DNA of 64,000 nucleotides from Streptococcus sp. (GCA_047241705.1 JBKTJB010000007.1:47332-111331), one strand, 5' to 3'; shown: positions 49,888 to 62,991, numbered from the stretch's first letter. Notes: generated by a model from the letters alone, not told the origin. A program made the numbers and translations.

Positions 49888-50713
49888 TTAATCCCAATTT
49901 TCTGCCAAAAAACGAAGGCATTCTGGTAAATGTTCAGCCCAAGCTTCTTCATGGTGAATAGCTCCGGATTGAATCCGAATGGCAATATTTTCTAAAGCAA
50001 CTCCTTGTTGGATGACGTCGTGATAATAGCGAAGGGATGAATCAACATAGGCTTGCTTGATGTTTCCTGCCATCAAAGTTTTATCTGTATCATCCGCCTC
50101 TTCAGTCCCCACATAGATGTAGATCCGTTGGTCTGCATATAATTTTTTACGTTCAATATAATGATTGAAGGCATCTTGGTGTAGCCAGTTAGCGGATGAA
50201 AAGACACCTAAACAACCAATTTGATCTTGGTACTCTAAGCCCAAGAATTGGGTAATATTCCCACCCAAGGAAGATCCAATCATGGCCGTATGTTCTCGAT
50301 CAGCAAGAGTCCGGTATTCTTGGTCGATAAAAGGTTTCACCACCTCCATGACAAATTCGCCGTACTCAACTCCCTTGCCACCAAATTGCATGCCAGGAAT
50401 ATTAGATTCCTTGTACTTCCAGGCAGAGTATTCATTCATGCGTTGGAAACCATCATTATCGATCGCAACAACAATCATGCGACTAATATCTGGATTCCGC
50501 TTAATGGCTGGAATGACTTTCCAGGAATGACCCGCATAAGCTTCCTTGCTGTACAAAACGTTTTGCCCATCGGAAATAAACCACAGGGTAACGTCTATCT
50601 GTATCCGTTTCATAATTCTTAGGTAATAAGACTCGCACACGACGGAGTTTTCCGGTATAAGGCACTTTCAACTCGTGTGTCTTCATATCTAAATAAAAAT
50701 AGGATTTGTTCAT
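49888..50713 (-). CDS. Alpha/beta hydrolase-fold esterase
   Basis: YPVVY..DGQN, GSSLGG and HHEEAW motifs. Confidence 0.8.
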
Positions 50714-50806
50714 TGTCAGAAAACTCTCTATATTCTAAATTTTATTCATTATACCATTTTTAGAAGAAAAAGTCTGGATTTTCTCCAAACTTTTTCCTTT
50801 CTTGAG

Positions 50807-52148
50807 TTATATTTCCATAAACTGAGCCAAATCTTGTAAAGAACGTTCGGCAATTTTCTCATACCGTTCCTTTTTATCTCGAATGCGTGGTCCTTCCAGC
50901 TCCTTGATAATTCCAAAATTGACATTCATCGGTTGGAAATGCTTGCTGTCGGCATGGGTAATATAGTGAGCCAGGCTTCCGATAGCTGTCGTTTCAGGAA
51001 AATCGCCGCTTCTTCTCCTTGAAAAGGCGAGTCAGCGATTGATTCCAGCTACCAAACCTGAGGCCGCTGACTCAACATAGCCTTCTACCCCTGTCATTTG
51101 GCCTGCAAAGAAGAGGTTCGGTTGTTTCTTAGAACGGTAGGTTTGTTCAAGCAGATTTGGAGAATCCATGTAGGAATTGCGGTGCATGACTCCGCATCTC
51201 GACAAACTCCGCATGTTCCAAACCCTGGAATCATTTGGAAGACCCGTTTTTGTTCGCCCCATTTAAGGTGAGTTTGGAACCCAACGATATTGTAGAGGCT
51301 GGCAGCCGCATTGTCTTGGCGCAACTGAACGACTGCATAGGGTGTCTTAAACTCTCCATCACGTGGCCCTTTGTAATCATCTGGATACTGAGTCCAACTG
51401 GTTTCATAGGCCATAGAGCATAGTTTTGATGCCTCGTTTGGCCATGACTTCAATGGGCATACAACCTTCAAAATACTTTTCTTTTTCAAAAGAGTTGAGC
51501 GGGGCTTCTTCTGCATTGACCAAGGCCTCGTGAAAATCCATAAATTCTTGTTTGGTCATTGGGCAGTTGAGATAGGCCGCTTCTCCCTTGTCATAACGAG
51601 ACTTGAGATAGACCTTGTCCATATCGACAGTATTAACATCGATGATTGAGCCGCTGCATCATAGAAATAGAAACCGTCGCCACCATTGAGGGCAGGTGGA
51701 TCTTTTCTGCCAAGGCATCGCTAGTTAGAGGCCCCGTTGCGACCACTGTGATGGCATCTGTCGGCAATTCCGTAATTTCATAGCGAATCACTTCGATAAG
51801 CGGGTGTTGGGACACCTTCTCCGTCACTCGGTTAGCAAAATCTTCTCGGTCCACAGCAAGTGCTCCACCGGCTGGTACCCGGAGTCGCTTCCGCTGCTTC
51901 AAGGATGACAGAACCCAGACGACGCATTTCTTCTTTGAGGAGCCCGACAGCATTGGTTAACGAATCCCCACGAAGAGAGTTGGAACAGGAAAACTAGCTC
52001 CAGCAAAGTTGTCTGTTTTGTGTTGCGGAGTTGATTTGACGCCACGCATTTCATAAAGCTTGACCGGAATTCCCTGTTGGGCAATCTGGTAAGCTGCTTC
52101 CGAGCCAGCAAGGCCCGCACCGATCACATTGATATAAGATTGAGACAT
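50807..52148 (-). CDS. trmFO: tRNA (uracil-5-)-methyltransferase TrmFO (Gid), frameshifted
   Basis: [21 protein letters not shown] and [13 protein letters not shown]. Confidence 0.93.
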
Positions 52149-52302
52149 GACACTAATACCTCTTTGGGTATCAAAACACCCTGCTGGACTGTTTGACACC
52201 CACAAATCTTTCTAATTTTCTACTTGCTCCATTATACCAAAAAGCCAAATAAAAAGACAGGAAGGCTTTTCCTTCCTGTCTTAGACTTTACTATTTATTT
52301 TC

Positions 52303-53010
52303 TTATAGACACAACCAAGCTGCTAAGAGGGCAGATAGGATACTGAACAAGGACCCGATCAAGTAATACTCCGCAAAGGCTGGATCCTCCGAAATTTTAT
52401 TGTAGCGAGCGATGGATTTTGCTGTAAATACTAGGCCGATAGAAGCAAATTGCCCATAGACCAGACAGGCACCAATCACCAAACGCTCTAAAAATCCAAT
52501 CATGGATCCTGCTCCCGTGATGGTATCCATCTTCTTCTTCATAGTTGGTTGATACTTTGCAAACAGAATTTTAAAGGCAATGTGCTTGGTTTCCCAACTA
52601 GGAGGGCATAAAAGATTAGATTTAAAATGTCCAAGGGTAGATAGGTCGAACCATTCTTCGCTCCTAAAAGGACTAGACACGTCAAGATGCCAATATGCAA
52701 GACTTGATCCAGCGTAAAGGTCCAGTGCGGTTGGTAATTTCAATTGCTTCTGCACGATCGGTTTTAAGAAATCTATTCCAGCATGAGTCAGTAAAATGAC
52801 CAAGCAAATCCACCACAGGTCTATATGACAGAGAGAAACCACTATCAGAGGCAGTGCTACATATAGAATGTGAAGCCCGAGCACCTGTCTTATCCCGATC
52901 CTTGCGATCCGCCATCTTTTGACTTTGAAAATAATAATCCGATAACAAAATGACTAAATCAACAAGAGGATCAAGTATGGATTCGTTGCGATACTAGACA
53001 ACCCGCTCAT
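52303..53010 (-). CDS. DUF3307 membrane protein (SatE-like), frameshifted
   Basis: LSDYYFQ, HAGID, DQVLH, IGFLER, AKSIARY and EYYLIGSL motifs. Confidence 0.8.
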
Positions 53011-53679
53011 GGGCCTCTCCCCTTCTCTAAGTTTTGAATACAAGCTAGTGTTGCCGCTCGTCCCCAAGTAAACAAACACGAATACTGCTACTCTTGCCAG
53101 CGCTTGGACAGGGCGCTTGGGTTGGAAGTGGCTAGCGCTTGGGCCAATTCCTGTTGGCTAAAGCTTTCACTATAGACAGATCTCTTTACGTAGATTGAGC
53201 AGAATCTCTTCCTGACTCTCTCGCCAGCCCGAACGTATGGCCTCTCCAGAAGCGATGAGCGCATTCACCACTAAGTCCTGGCCGTCATTACCGCTCAAAA
53301 ATAGATCTGGGTATTGCCATAACTCATTTTCTGATGGACCAGATTAATGGTCTGCGCGAGCATTCCAATAGGCTGGTCCATCTGCTACCGATACTTTGCA
53401 GGGATCGATATCCGTTACAATCTCCCCAAGGCCAATACCGAAACGAAGTTGAGTCGGCTTTAGTTCTGAACGCAGGGTATCAATAATTTGAAAAACCGGA
53501 GCATCCACTTTTAAAAGGGCCTGAAACTCATCGCCCAAAGTTAAGGTAAAAGCCGATGCTAGGCAGTCTTTAAAAAGCTCATTGATTTTTTGAAGCGTTT
53601 TTTCTAACTGTTTTTGCAGGTCAAAACGTTCTTGTACGATTTTGGAATCAATCACATCTGCAATCAAAGCAAGATACAT
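53007..53679 (-). CDS. satD: SatD family protein, frameshifted
   Basis: YLALIADVIDS, TLGDEFQ, RFGIGLG and DGPAYWNAR; C-terminal SQQELAQ...SALSKR HTH-like segment. Confidence 0.85.
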
Positions 53680-53694
53680 AAGCCCACCTCCTTA

Positions 53695-53767
53695 TGTCTA
53701 TTATAACGAAAAAACAAAAATTGTCTATTATAACAGACATTTATAAAAATTGCTGTTATAATAGACA
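53695..53767. promoter_or_regulatory. Three-copy imperfect palindromic operator array upstream of satD
   Basis: TGTCTATTATAAC at 53695, TGTCTATTATAACAGACA at 53722, inverted GTTATAATAGACA ending 53767. Confidence 0.7.
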
Positions 53768-53784
53768 TTGAATCGTTTGAAAGC

Positions 53785-55882
53785 TTATTTCACTTTTTCT
53801 TCTTCGTAGTCGCCATTGCTACATACCACTTGTTTGCCGCCACCACGAACTTTTTTCTCAACTAAGTAGTGGCCACATTTAAGCGACAATCCCGACCGAT
53901 CGGTTTATCCCAAGAGGTAAATTCACACTCTGGGTAGCGATTGCATCCATAGAAGACACGGTTGCGCTTGGTTTTCACGCTCGATGATTTGTCCTGATGA
54001 CAGTCAGGACACTCCACGCCGATTTCTTTGACAATGGCCTGGGTATGACGACAATCTGGGAAATTACTACAAGCATAGAACTTACCAAAACGTCCTAATT
54101 TAATCACCATCGGACTGCCACAGACTTCACAATCAAAACCAGCTGGTTCGTCTTTAATTTGGATTTTTTCCATCTCTTCTTCAGCCTTTGCGACTTCTTT
54201 AGAGAATGGTTTGTAGAAAGCATCGATGACTTTTTGCCACTCTTCTTTTCCAAGTTCGACATCATCGAGTTTACCTTCCATCTCTGCTGTGAAGGTCACG
54301 TTGACAATATCTGGGAAGAATTCAACGATCAGTTTATTAACGATTTCCCCTAACTCTGTTGGTTCAAAGCGTTTAGCTACCAGCTTCACATAATAGCGTT
54401 TTTGAATAGTCTCAATCGTCGGAGCATAGGTTGAAGGGCGACCTACTCCATTTTCCTCCAACGTCTTAATCAAGGTCGCTTCAGAATAACGGGCCGGTGG
54501 TTGGGTAAAGTGTTGCTCCGGTTTGCTATTGACTTGCTTAACGATATCGCCTTCTACCATATCCGGCAACATCTTGTTCTTATCTGAGTCGTTATAAATA
54601 GCCAAATAACCATCAAACTTCACTTGGCTTCCGTTTGCCGTATACTGAACCCCATTTTGACCTAAACGGACATTCATGGTATCAAAGACAGCTACTGTCA
54701 TTTGACTAGCTACAAAGCGGTTCCAAATTAAGGTGTAGAGTTTTAATTGGTCTTTGTCTAAGTATTTAGCAATGCTCTCCAGGAGTATTGAAGACGCTGG
54801 ATGGACGGATCGCTTCGTGGGCATCTTGGGCACCAGAAGCATTCTTCACGCGCTTCCATGCTTGGAATATTTCTCACCAAAGCGATCCACGATAAAGTTC
54901 AGCGCCTCATTTTGCGCAACCGGACTGATCCGTGTGGAATCGGACACGCATATAGGTAATCAAACCTTGAACACCCGAGCCAATATTAATTCCTTCATAC
55001 AACTGCTGGGCGACTCATCATGGTCTTGCGTGTACGGAAGTTGATCTTATTGGCAGCATCCATCTGCATGGAAGAGGTGGTGTATGGAAGTGGCGCATTC
55101 CGACGACGTTCTTTCTTTTCAACCTTTTCAACGGTAAAATCTTTGCCATCTAAGCGTTCAAGAACAGCTTTCACCTCTTCATTGGTGTTGAGCTTCATCT
55201 TCTTGCCATCAATCCCATAGAAGCTGGCTTGCGGGTTGCTTGGTTCCCTTTTTTGAAGACGCCATCATTGGTCAGTATTCTTCCGGACGAAATCAGTAAT
55301 TTCGTTTTCGCGATCAACTGATTGATTCCAGGAAGCAACCTGATTGCACGCGCCCTGCGAGAAGGTAGCCTTTTTGACGCTTGCCAAAGAATGGGCGAAA
55401 TTGAAGACCCTACAGTCCGGTCAAGACCCGACGTGCTTGTTGGGCATCGACCAAGTCCATATCGATTTGGCGCGGTTCTTTAAAAGGCGTTTTTAACTGC
55501 ATCGCTTGGTGATTTCGTTAAAGACCACACGGTTTTTTCTTTGGCATCAGGGTTCAAAATATGCGCTAAATGCCGATAAACTGACTCCTTCTCGGTCCGG
55601 GTCACTTGCGAGAAAGACTTGTTTGGCTTTTTTAGCTTCTTTTTTCAAATCATTGATCAAGGGACCTTTTCCGCGAATATTGACACACTCAGTTCATAGA
55701 TTATTGTCGAAGTCGATCGACATCGTAGATTTTTCGGAGGTCCCGAATGCTTGGCCAGCACTGGCCATGGCTTTGTAAGATTACGACCAAGGTATTTCTC
55801 GATTATTGTTTTGGCCTTAGCAGGAGACTCCACAATCGCCAAGTTTTTCTTGGTTGTACTGACTTTTCTTTTTTGTTACCAC
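53785..55882 (-). CDS. topA: DNA topoisomerase I, heavily frameshifted
   Basis: [18 protein letters not shown] and C-terminal Zn ribbons. Confidence 0.93.
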
Positions 55883-55969
55883 GTTTTATCCTCTGTATTG
55901 TATAAATCTCATTGAGTTTAATACATTTTAAGAAAGATGTCAACTAGGAACTTCCTCACTATAGGAAAA

Positions 55970-56850
55970 TCACAATTCGTATTTCCAATTCATCAAGAAT
56001 GTCCTGGCCTGATGTGATTACGCTTTGCGCCTTCTGTGGATCAGGTGATAGACAGACCTGCAGATTTTCCATCTAAAATATTTCCTGGAAGGAATGGCGA
56101 AAACGTCTCCCGGCGCTGCTTCCATGCGCGCGCTCACGGTAATCCCATGACTGCCTGAACCTGGAGTCCGCGCGCCTCTGCCACAATCACTGCCTGACAG
56201 AGACCAGCAATGATGCGATTTCTCTCCTTTGGAAAATGAAACTTAAGTGGTGGTGCCTGCCCTGGACCATGCTCGCTCAAGATCAGATGGTGTTCCCCCC
56301 CATATGGGACTGCCAATCTCTGATTGCTTTTAGGATAAAAGACATCCAGTCCCGTTCCAATCACTCCGATGGTCTTACCACCATTTCGTATACTGGCATA
56401 ATGAGCTGTCGCATCAATTCCCTTAGCAAGTCCACTAGCAATGACCAGTTCATTTCCAAGTTCCTTAATTATCTTCTCTACAGAACGAACCCCTTCTCGC
56501 GTGGTCTCTCGAGCTCCAACAACTGCAATCTTCGGTTTGCTTAGCAGTTACCAAATCCCCTTGGTAAAGGAGTACAGGAGGATTGTAGATCTGTAGCAAT
56601 TCCTCAGGGTATTCTGGATCAAAAATGGATAGAGATGGGAACCGTTCAAACTCCTTGTGTAAATGGTCTTCATCTAGTTGCCGGTATTTGTCTACAAAAT
56701 GAAGGATACTGCGACAGCGAGCGATCCTCGCTATCTCTTCTAAGCTTGGTAAGACTTGCTCTTTCCTACAGTAGTCCAAGACTCTCAAGACTTGCTCATT
56801 TGATAAACCGGCTTCTTTTAATTTAAGATTTCAAATTTCTCCGTGGTCAC
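55970..56850 (-). CDS. dprA: DNA-processing protein DprA, heavily frameshifted
   Basis: YPEELLQIYNPP, SGLAKGID, GTGLD and RNRIIAGL motifs. Confidence 0.85.
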
Positions 56851-56872
56851 CTTCTACTTCCTCTCCCTTATT

Positions 56873-56880
56873 TATTCGAA
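56873..56880 (-). promoter_or_regulatory. ComX/SigX (cin) box upstream of dprA
   Basis: TTCGAATA preceded by a T-rich tract on the - strand. Confidence 0.7.
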
Positions 56881-56903
56881 AAAGAAAAGAAAAAGCTCTA
56901 TTT

Positions 56904-57833
56904 CTAGAACTTTTTTGATATGTCGAAGAATAAAAGTAAGATGCGGCACCAATCAGAGTTTGCTTTCATTATGGAAGCGAGCCGCGTGGATCGGCAGAGG
57001 CCTCAAATTGTTTATGCCCTTTTTGAAGAGCAGCTCATGGTATTGTCCGACTGATTCTCATCGATCAATAGTGGTTGACTACTAATGCCCCCGCCAATCG
57101 TCACTTTTTCAATCAGGAGCAATGATTGAAGATTAAAAATCAAAATTGCAATATCGTGACAATATTCCTGAAACAAGGATATCAGCTCCTCATAGCCCCC
57201 TAGATCAAGAGCTTTGAAAACAGCTATACCATCTGCCTTTTCTAGGTTCAAGATGTGACTAGCTTTCTCAACAAATTGAACAGCAGAACCAGTGTTTTCC
57301 AAAGATTGGAAATGCCTTGCAAAAAGAGTTCGCGATGAAAGCGCGATTTTCTGGTGTTCTTTCTGCCTTATCAATAGACCGAATGTATTCTGTCAGTTGC
57401 CATCCTCTCAATAGGTCACCATTCGAAGAAGAGCAAGACCAACTCCAGTCCCTAGGACCAAGGTCGCACCGTAAGGACAATCTTTTAGATTACCAAGCCT
57501 TGCTTCCGCTAGACCAGCAGCTTCTCCATCATTAAGAACGGTGACGGGTACTTGAAATGTTTGTTCTAATCTACTAGCTAGAGGAATGCCTCGCAAATAT
57601 GGAATGAGACCACCTCGAAAGACAAAGCCAAGGCTCTTTTGGATCTCACCAGGGCATGAAATGGCGATTCCCTCGATTTCTTCCCGTACAGGAGCAACGA
57701 TTCCTTCTAATCCTTGCCAAAAGTCCTCAATCGTAGATGGTGTTGGGATCTTGTCTGTACGGATCAATTGATAGTCTGCATCCATCAGACCGTACTTTAT
57801 AAAGGTCCCTCCGATATCGATGGTAAATAGCAT
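56904..57833 (-). CDS. ROK family protein, frameshifted
   Basis: IDIGGTFIKYG, NDGEAAGLAE, LGTGVG and IGGGIS. Confidence 0.88.
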
Positions 57834-57836
57834 AAC

Positions 57837-58605
57837 CTAATCCTCACACATTGATTTGACGGGTTCAAATGAACGCCGATGGATAGGAGTCACTCCCAGC
57901 TTGTGAAGGCCAGCCAGATGGTTAGCCGTCCCATAGCCAGCGTTCTGCGTAAAATCATAACCCGGATATTCGCAATCAAACTCTTCCATCATCTGATCCC
58001 GAGTCACCTTGGCTACGATGGATGCTGCAGCAATGGATAAGGGTTAGCATCCCCCTTTGATGATACTAGTTTGGGAAATAGGAAGATCCAACTTCATGGC
58101 ATCAATCAAAAGATGCTGGGGTTGAGGCTCTAGCTGACCAATGGCTTCCATCATGGCTAGCTTCGTAGCTTCATAGATATTGACTTGGTCAATCACGTGA
58201 TTGTCCTTGACGCCGAATGCCGATCGCAATGGCGTTTTGGAGCACAGCCTCATAGATTTCCTTGTGTTTGGATTTTGGAATCTTTTTACTATCGTTGAGT
58301 CCCAGAATTTTACAAGCTTTCGGCAAGATCACGGCAGCTGCAACAACCGGACCCGCTAATGGGCCACGTCCCACTTCATCCACACCTGCAATAAGATCAA
58401 TCCCCTGAGCATAAAGTTCTTTCTCATAGGCTAGCATTTTTTCCAAACGCAAGTCTTCATCCACTTGTTTTTGGAGTTCGCGTTTTCGTTTGCTGATAGC
58501 CGCTTGAACGCCTGCTCGACCATCAAGGATCAACTCTTCAAATAAGGGATGATCTAGCTCGTCAATCATTGCTAAACGCTCTTTAACTTCTTTAATCGTT
58601 GGCAT
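57837..58605 (-). CDS. rnhB: Ribonuclease HII
   Basis: [18 protein letters not shown] and IAAASI motifs. Confidence 0.93.
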
Positions 58606-59443
58606 CTATTTCACCTACACGATCAAGGGTATACCGTCCCAATTTTCCATCGCGGACGTCTTTAACAAAGAGTTGGTAAAAACGGTCGTAATCTTCACGA
58701 AATCCTAATTTCTGGGTCATCTCCATAATGATTTCAGGAGCTTCTTGTTCCAGATCCATTTGTTTAAAACGTTCCTGCAAAACAGACTGGATAATGCTCT
58801 TTAAAATAGTTAAGGCCAAAGATGGTCACTTCATCCATTGGAAGCAACTGATCCTTTATCGCTCCTGTCAAAGCGAGCTTTAAGGCCACTTCTTCATCTT
58901 CAAACTTAGGCCAGAGAATCCCTGGAGTATCCAAGATTTCAAGGTCTTTATTGGTTTTCAACCATTGTTGCCCCTTGGTCACCCCTGGTTTATTCCCAAC
59001 AACAGCAATCTTTTTCCCTGCTAAGCGGTTCATCAGCGTTGATTTCCCAGCATTAGGAATTCCGATGATCATGGTCCGAAGGGTTTCAATCTGAATCCCC
59101 CGTTCCTTTTGACGGGCAATTTTATCGGCCATCAAACTCTTAGCAGCATCTGTTACTTTTTTTACCGTAGATTGCTCTTTGGAGTTGATAGCTAAGGTTT
59201 TGATCCCTTGAGACTCAAAATAGTCCTGCCATTCTTTTGTTGCCACAGGATCTGCCAAGTCTACCTTGTTTAAAATCATTAATTTAGGCTTCTCACCAAC
59301 AATTTTCGTTAACATAGGATTTTGGCTTGATAGTGGCAAACGAGCATCTACCAAAACAGTCACAAAATCCACAAATTTTAAATTTTCTTGCACTTGTCTT
59401 CTAGCTTTGGACATGTGTCCAGAAACCATTGTATGGTTGCCAT
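58592..59443 (-). CDS. rbgA: Ribosome biogenesis GTPase RbgA (YlqF)
   Basis: [24 protein letters not shown] and DTPG. Confidence 0.93.
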
Positions 59444-59559
59444 GTTCTCCATTCCTTTCCAGTTCAATCTCTTCTATTATACCATATTTTCTTGAATTCT
59501 CGGTTACCAACGAAGAATACAAAAAATGAAGCTACCTAGGTAACTTCTATTTTAATATT

Positions 59560-59936
59560 CTAGCGGATTTGCTCAAAATGCAAATGCACGGCGATGTGAT
59601 CACCATGTGCTCGTTCCAAATCACGTTGCAAGCAGATAAGAAATATAGTGTTCAGCAATGGTAATGTAACCAGCACCAAGTAACGGTGCTCAACCATTGA
59701 CTGGATCATGCTGATGGTCGCGCGTTCCACTTTAGCTTCATCCAAATCCATCAGCAACTTTCTTGTGTCACTTGCGCCAGGTTTTGGCGAAATCATCCGT
59801 CAAGACATAGACCGCTTGCGCAGCTTTCAAAACAGCTTGGTAAGATTTTATCTGGGTCAAATTCTACCACTTCACTCCACTACGTTTAATGACCGTCAGG
59901 TCTCCTTTATTTTAATTTTTCCTTGAATACTCCATT
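59560..59936 (-). CDS. Hypothetical protein, probably frameshifted
   Basis: 78-aa ORF plus upstream ATG with AAGGA RBS. Confidence 0.35.
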
Positions 59937-60009
59937 TCCTTTATAAAGAAATGAAGACCTACTACTTTATTATATAATTTTTTTGCCAAGAATCAAAGCT
60001 CTTTTCAGG

Positions 60010-60674
60010 ACTTACTGTGCTTGATTAGATGAAAAAATCTAACGATCACTTTTTTCCATGACCACATCTTCTTTTTTATAGCTGTAGGTCAATCTCCAAA
60101 TATGGTCAGAGACATGGTCCAAACGGAAGGTCTTCAAAATTTTCTTCAGAGGTAACTTCTCCATCTCTACTTTTCTAAGGAGTTCCACTAGTAGTTCCAC
60201 CACCAGCATTGACAGCAATCCAGCTGATCTTCGTCACTATCATATTGGAAGGACTGTTTTGAGTCGGTTTATAGAGAACATTATAAGAGATTGTAGGCTC
60301 TATCAATTTCAAAATGTTTATCCTTGTCAGCTTCTCTTGAGTAGCGGTGTATTGTAAGGGGACCGATTTGAAAAGCCCCTGCTGAAACTAAAAATGAATC
60401 CTAAAGCTGCTATCGATTCCCAAAGAAGATTGAGTAGCTTGGAATCGAAATCAAATATGAAATGAACGAGGAACAAAATAATCCCTGTTCCAAATCCAAT
60501 TAAAAGTAAGAGAGCGCCGATGCATCCAGCTTTTTCGCCAGTTTTAATGGTCGGTTTATCATAGATTATCACACCATCTAACTTTTCAAGGCTATGACGT
60601 TCTTTAAATTTTTCTAGTTCTGATTTTTCTGAATCCGTTTTTCCAACTCTGTTTTCTCTAACTCTGACATACAT
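60010..60674 (-). CDS. Hypothetical membrane protein, frameshifted, end approximate
   Basis: GAGG RBS, two hydrophobic helices, follows dapA. Confidence 0.45.
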
Positions 60675-60690
60675 TCCTCATGACAATTTT

Positions 60691-61630
60691 ATTAATAATC
60701 CGGACGAAGAACTCCCGTAATGATCTCTTTGGTATGCATGGTAATCCCCATCTACTACAACCTTGATAATGCGCTTCGCTTCTTCTGCCGGTGCTGGCAC
60801 CAATGGCAAACGAGTTGGCCCTGCTTCAAAGCCCATATAGTTTAAGACAGCTTTGACAGGAGCTGGACTCGGATATGAGAAGAGAGCATTGACTTTAGGG
60901 ATAAACTGACGTTGGATAGCCGCAGCCTTTTTAATATCGTTGCGTTCAATGGCTTGGAACATCTCATGCATTTCATCTCCATTTGTATGAGAAGCCACTG
61001 AGATCACTCCATCAGCCCCAAGGTTCATCGCATGGAAAGCATCTCCATCTTCCCCTGTATAGACGAGAAATTCTTCTGGCTTGTGTTCAATCAAATAGGC
61101 CATATTAGCAAGGGTTGTACACTCTTTGACCCCAATGATATTTGGGTGTTCTGCCAAACGAAGCATGGTTTCCAGGCGTCATTTCCACAACCACGCGTCC
61201 AGGAATATTGTAGATAATAATCGGAAGATTAGATGCATCCGCAATCGCTTTAAAGTGTTGATACATTCCTTCTTGAGATGGTTTGTTGTAGTAATGGGAC
61301 GATAGCCAATCCTGCCGCAAAGCCACCAAAAGCATCCACTTCTTTAACGAACTCAATCGAGTCGCGGGTTTCGTTGGTTCCGACACCAGCGATCAAAGGA
61401 ACTCGACCATTGACAATCTTTTGAACGGCCGCAAAGAGTTGCAATTCCTCATCGTGGGTCAGAGTTGGACTTTCTGCAGTCGTTCCAGCTAAGAGAATCC
61501 CATCTGTATGATGAGCCAAGAGGTGCTCGATCAAGGCAGGAAGAGCGTCAAAATTAATGCTCCCATCTTCATGGAAGGGGGTGATAAATGCAGTGATGAT
61601 TTTACAATCTTTTAAATCATTATAAGACAT
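60691..61630 (-). CDS. dapA: 4-hydroxy-tetrahydrodipicolinate synthase
   Basis: GTTAES, YNIPGR and IIGVKE motifs. Confidence 0.93.
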
Positions 61631-61769
61631 AGAAAAACCTTTCTCTATATAAGAAAGAGGCTGGGGCTTGCTTGCCTTTGCCTCATGATCTGTTCATAAA
61701 ACAAGTTGATTCGTTAGAAAGCTGAGGAAGAAATCAAACTCTTCGAGTTACTGATTTCTGTTTCGCTCC

Positions 61770-62846
61770 CTACTTCAACTCAAATTTCAATTCAGCTGTT
61801 GGACGTACGAGTCCACGTTCGTGAAGAGTTTCTGCGATTTGGACTGAGTTCCAAGCAGCTCCTTTAAGGAGGTTATCTGAAACAACCCACATGTGGATTC
61901 CTTTTTCAGCATCCAAGTCTTTACGAATCCGTCCAACGAAAGTATCGCGTGAACCGACCGCATTAACGGCTGTGTGGGTAGATTTGGTGAGCAACATCGT
62001 CTTCAAGGACTGCACCTGGGAATTCTGCAATAGCGGCTTTCACTTCGTCAATTGCGCCACTTCTTTTGTTTCAATGTAGACTGACTCTGAGTGAGCTGAC
62101 AAGACTGGAATCCGCACACAAGTTGCTGAAACGGCAATGCTATCATCTTCCATGATTTTCTTGGTTTCATTCGTCATCTTCATTTCTTCGTAAGTATAGT
62201 CATTTTCTGTGAAGACGTCGATTTGTGGAAGAGCGTTGAAAGCAATTGGGTAATGTTTTTTATCACCACCACATGGCAAGATTTCAGCTTTAACATCGCG
62301 TGGATTGACGCCATCATTCAAGACTTCCTTCAACTCACGTTGGGTTTCAAGAATAGCCCCCATACCAGCACCCGAGACAGCTTGGTAAGTTGAAACGATG
62401 ATACGGTCCAAGCCCCATTTTTGACGGACTGGTTCAAGCGCTACCATCATTTGAATGGTTGAACAGTTTGGACAAGAGATAATTCCGTTATGAGCATCAA
62501 GCGCATGTGCATTCACTTCAGGCACTACCACATGGGACATCCGGATTTTGACGGAAATAAGAAGTGTTATCAACCACTACTGCGCCTGCTTTCACCGCAT
62601 AAGGTGCATATTTGGCAGATGTTGAACCACCAGCTGAGAAAAGAGCAATATCAACGCCTTCAAAAGCATCTTCAGTCGTTTCTTCGATGGTCACGTCTTG
62701 CCCTTTAAATTGCAAGACTTTTCCTGCAGAACGTGCTGACGCAAGGTAGCGAATTTTATCGATTGGAAGAGTAGATTCTTCCAACATTTTGATCATTTGA
62801 GCACCAACGGCACCTGTAGCACCGACAACAGCAACTGTGTATCCCA
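61770..62846 (-). CDS. asd: Aspartate-semialdehyde dehydrogenase
   Basis: GATGAVG, CPNCST, SGAG and DNLLKGAA motifs. Confidence 0.95.
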
Positions 62847-62864
62847 TAGTAAATCCTCTTTCAA

Positions 62865-62879
62865 AATTTTCTAAAAATT
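62865..62879. promoter_or_regulatory. CodY box upstream of asd
   Basis: AATTTTCTAAAAATT, one mismatch to consensus. Confidence 0.65.
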
Positions 62880-62991
62880 GAGTATTTGTACTATTATACA
62901 ATTTTTGGCATAAATGAAAAGTACCAACAGTAGGAAAAAATCCTGATTCTAAGACCAGGATTGTTGATGGTTATTTATAATAAATAGCTTT

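Noticed and set aside
61630..61770. Lysine riboswitch between asd and dapA
   Set aside because: The gap is too short and lacks recognisable L-box motifs; only a simple hairpin is visible.
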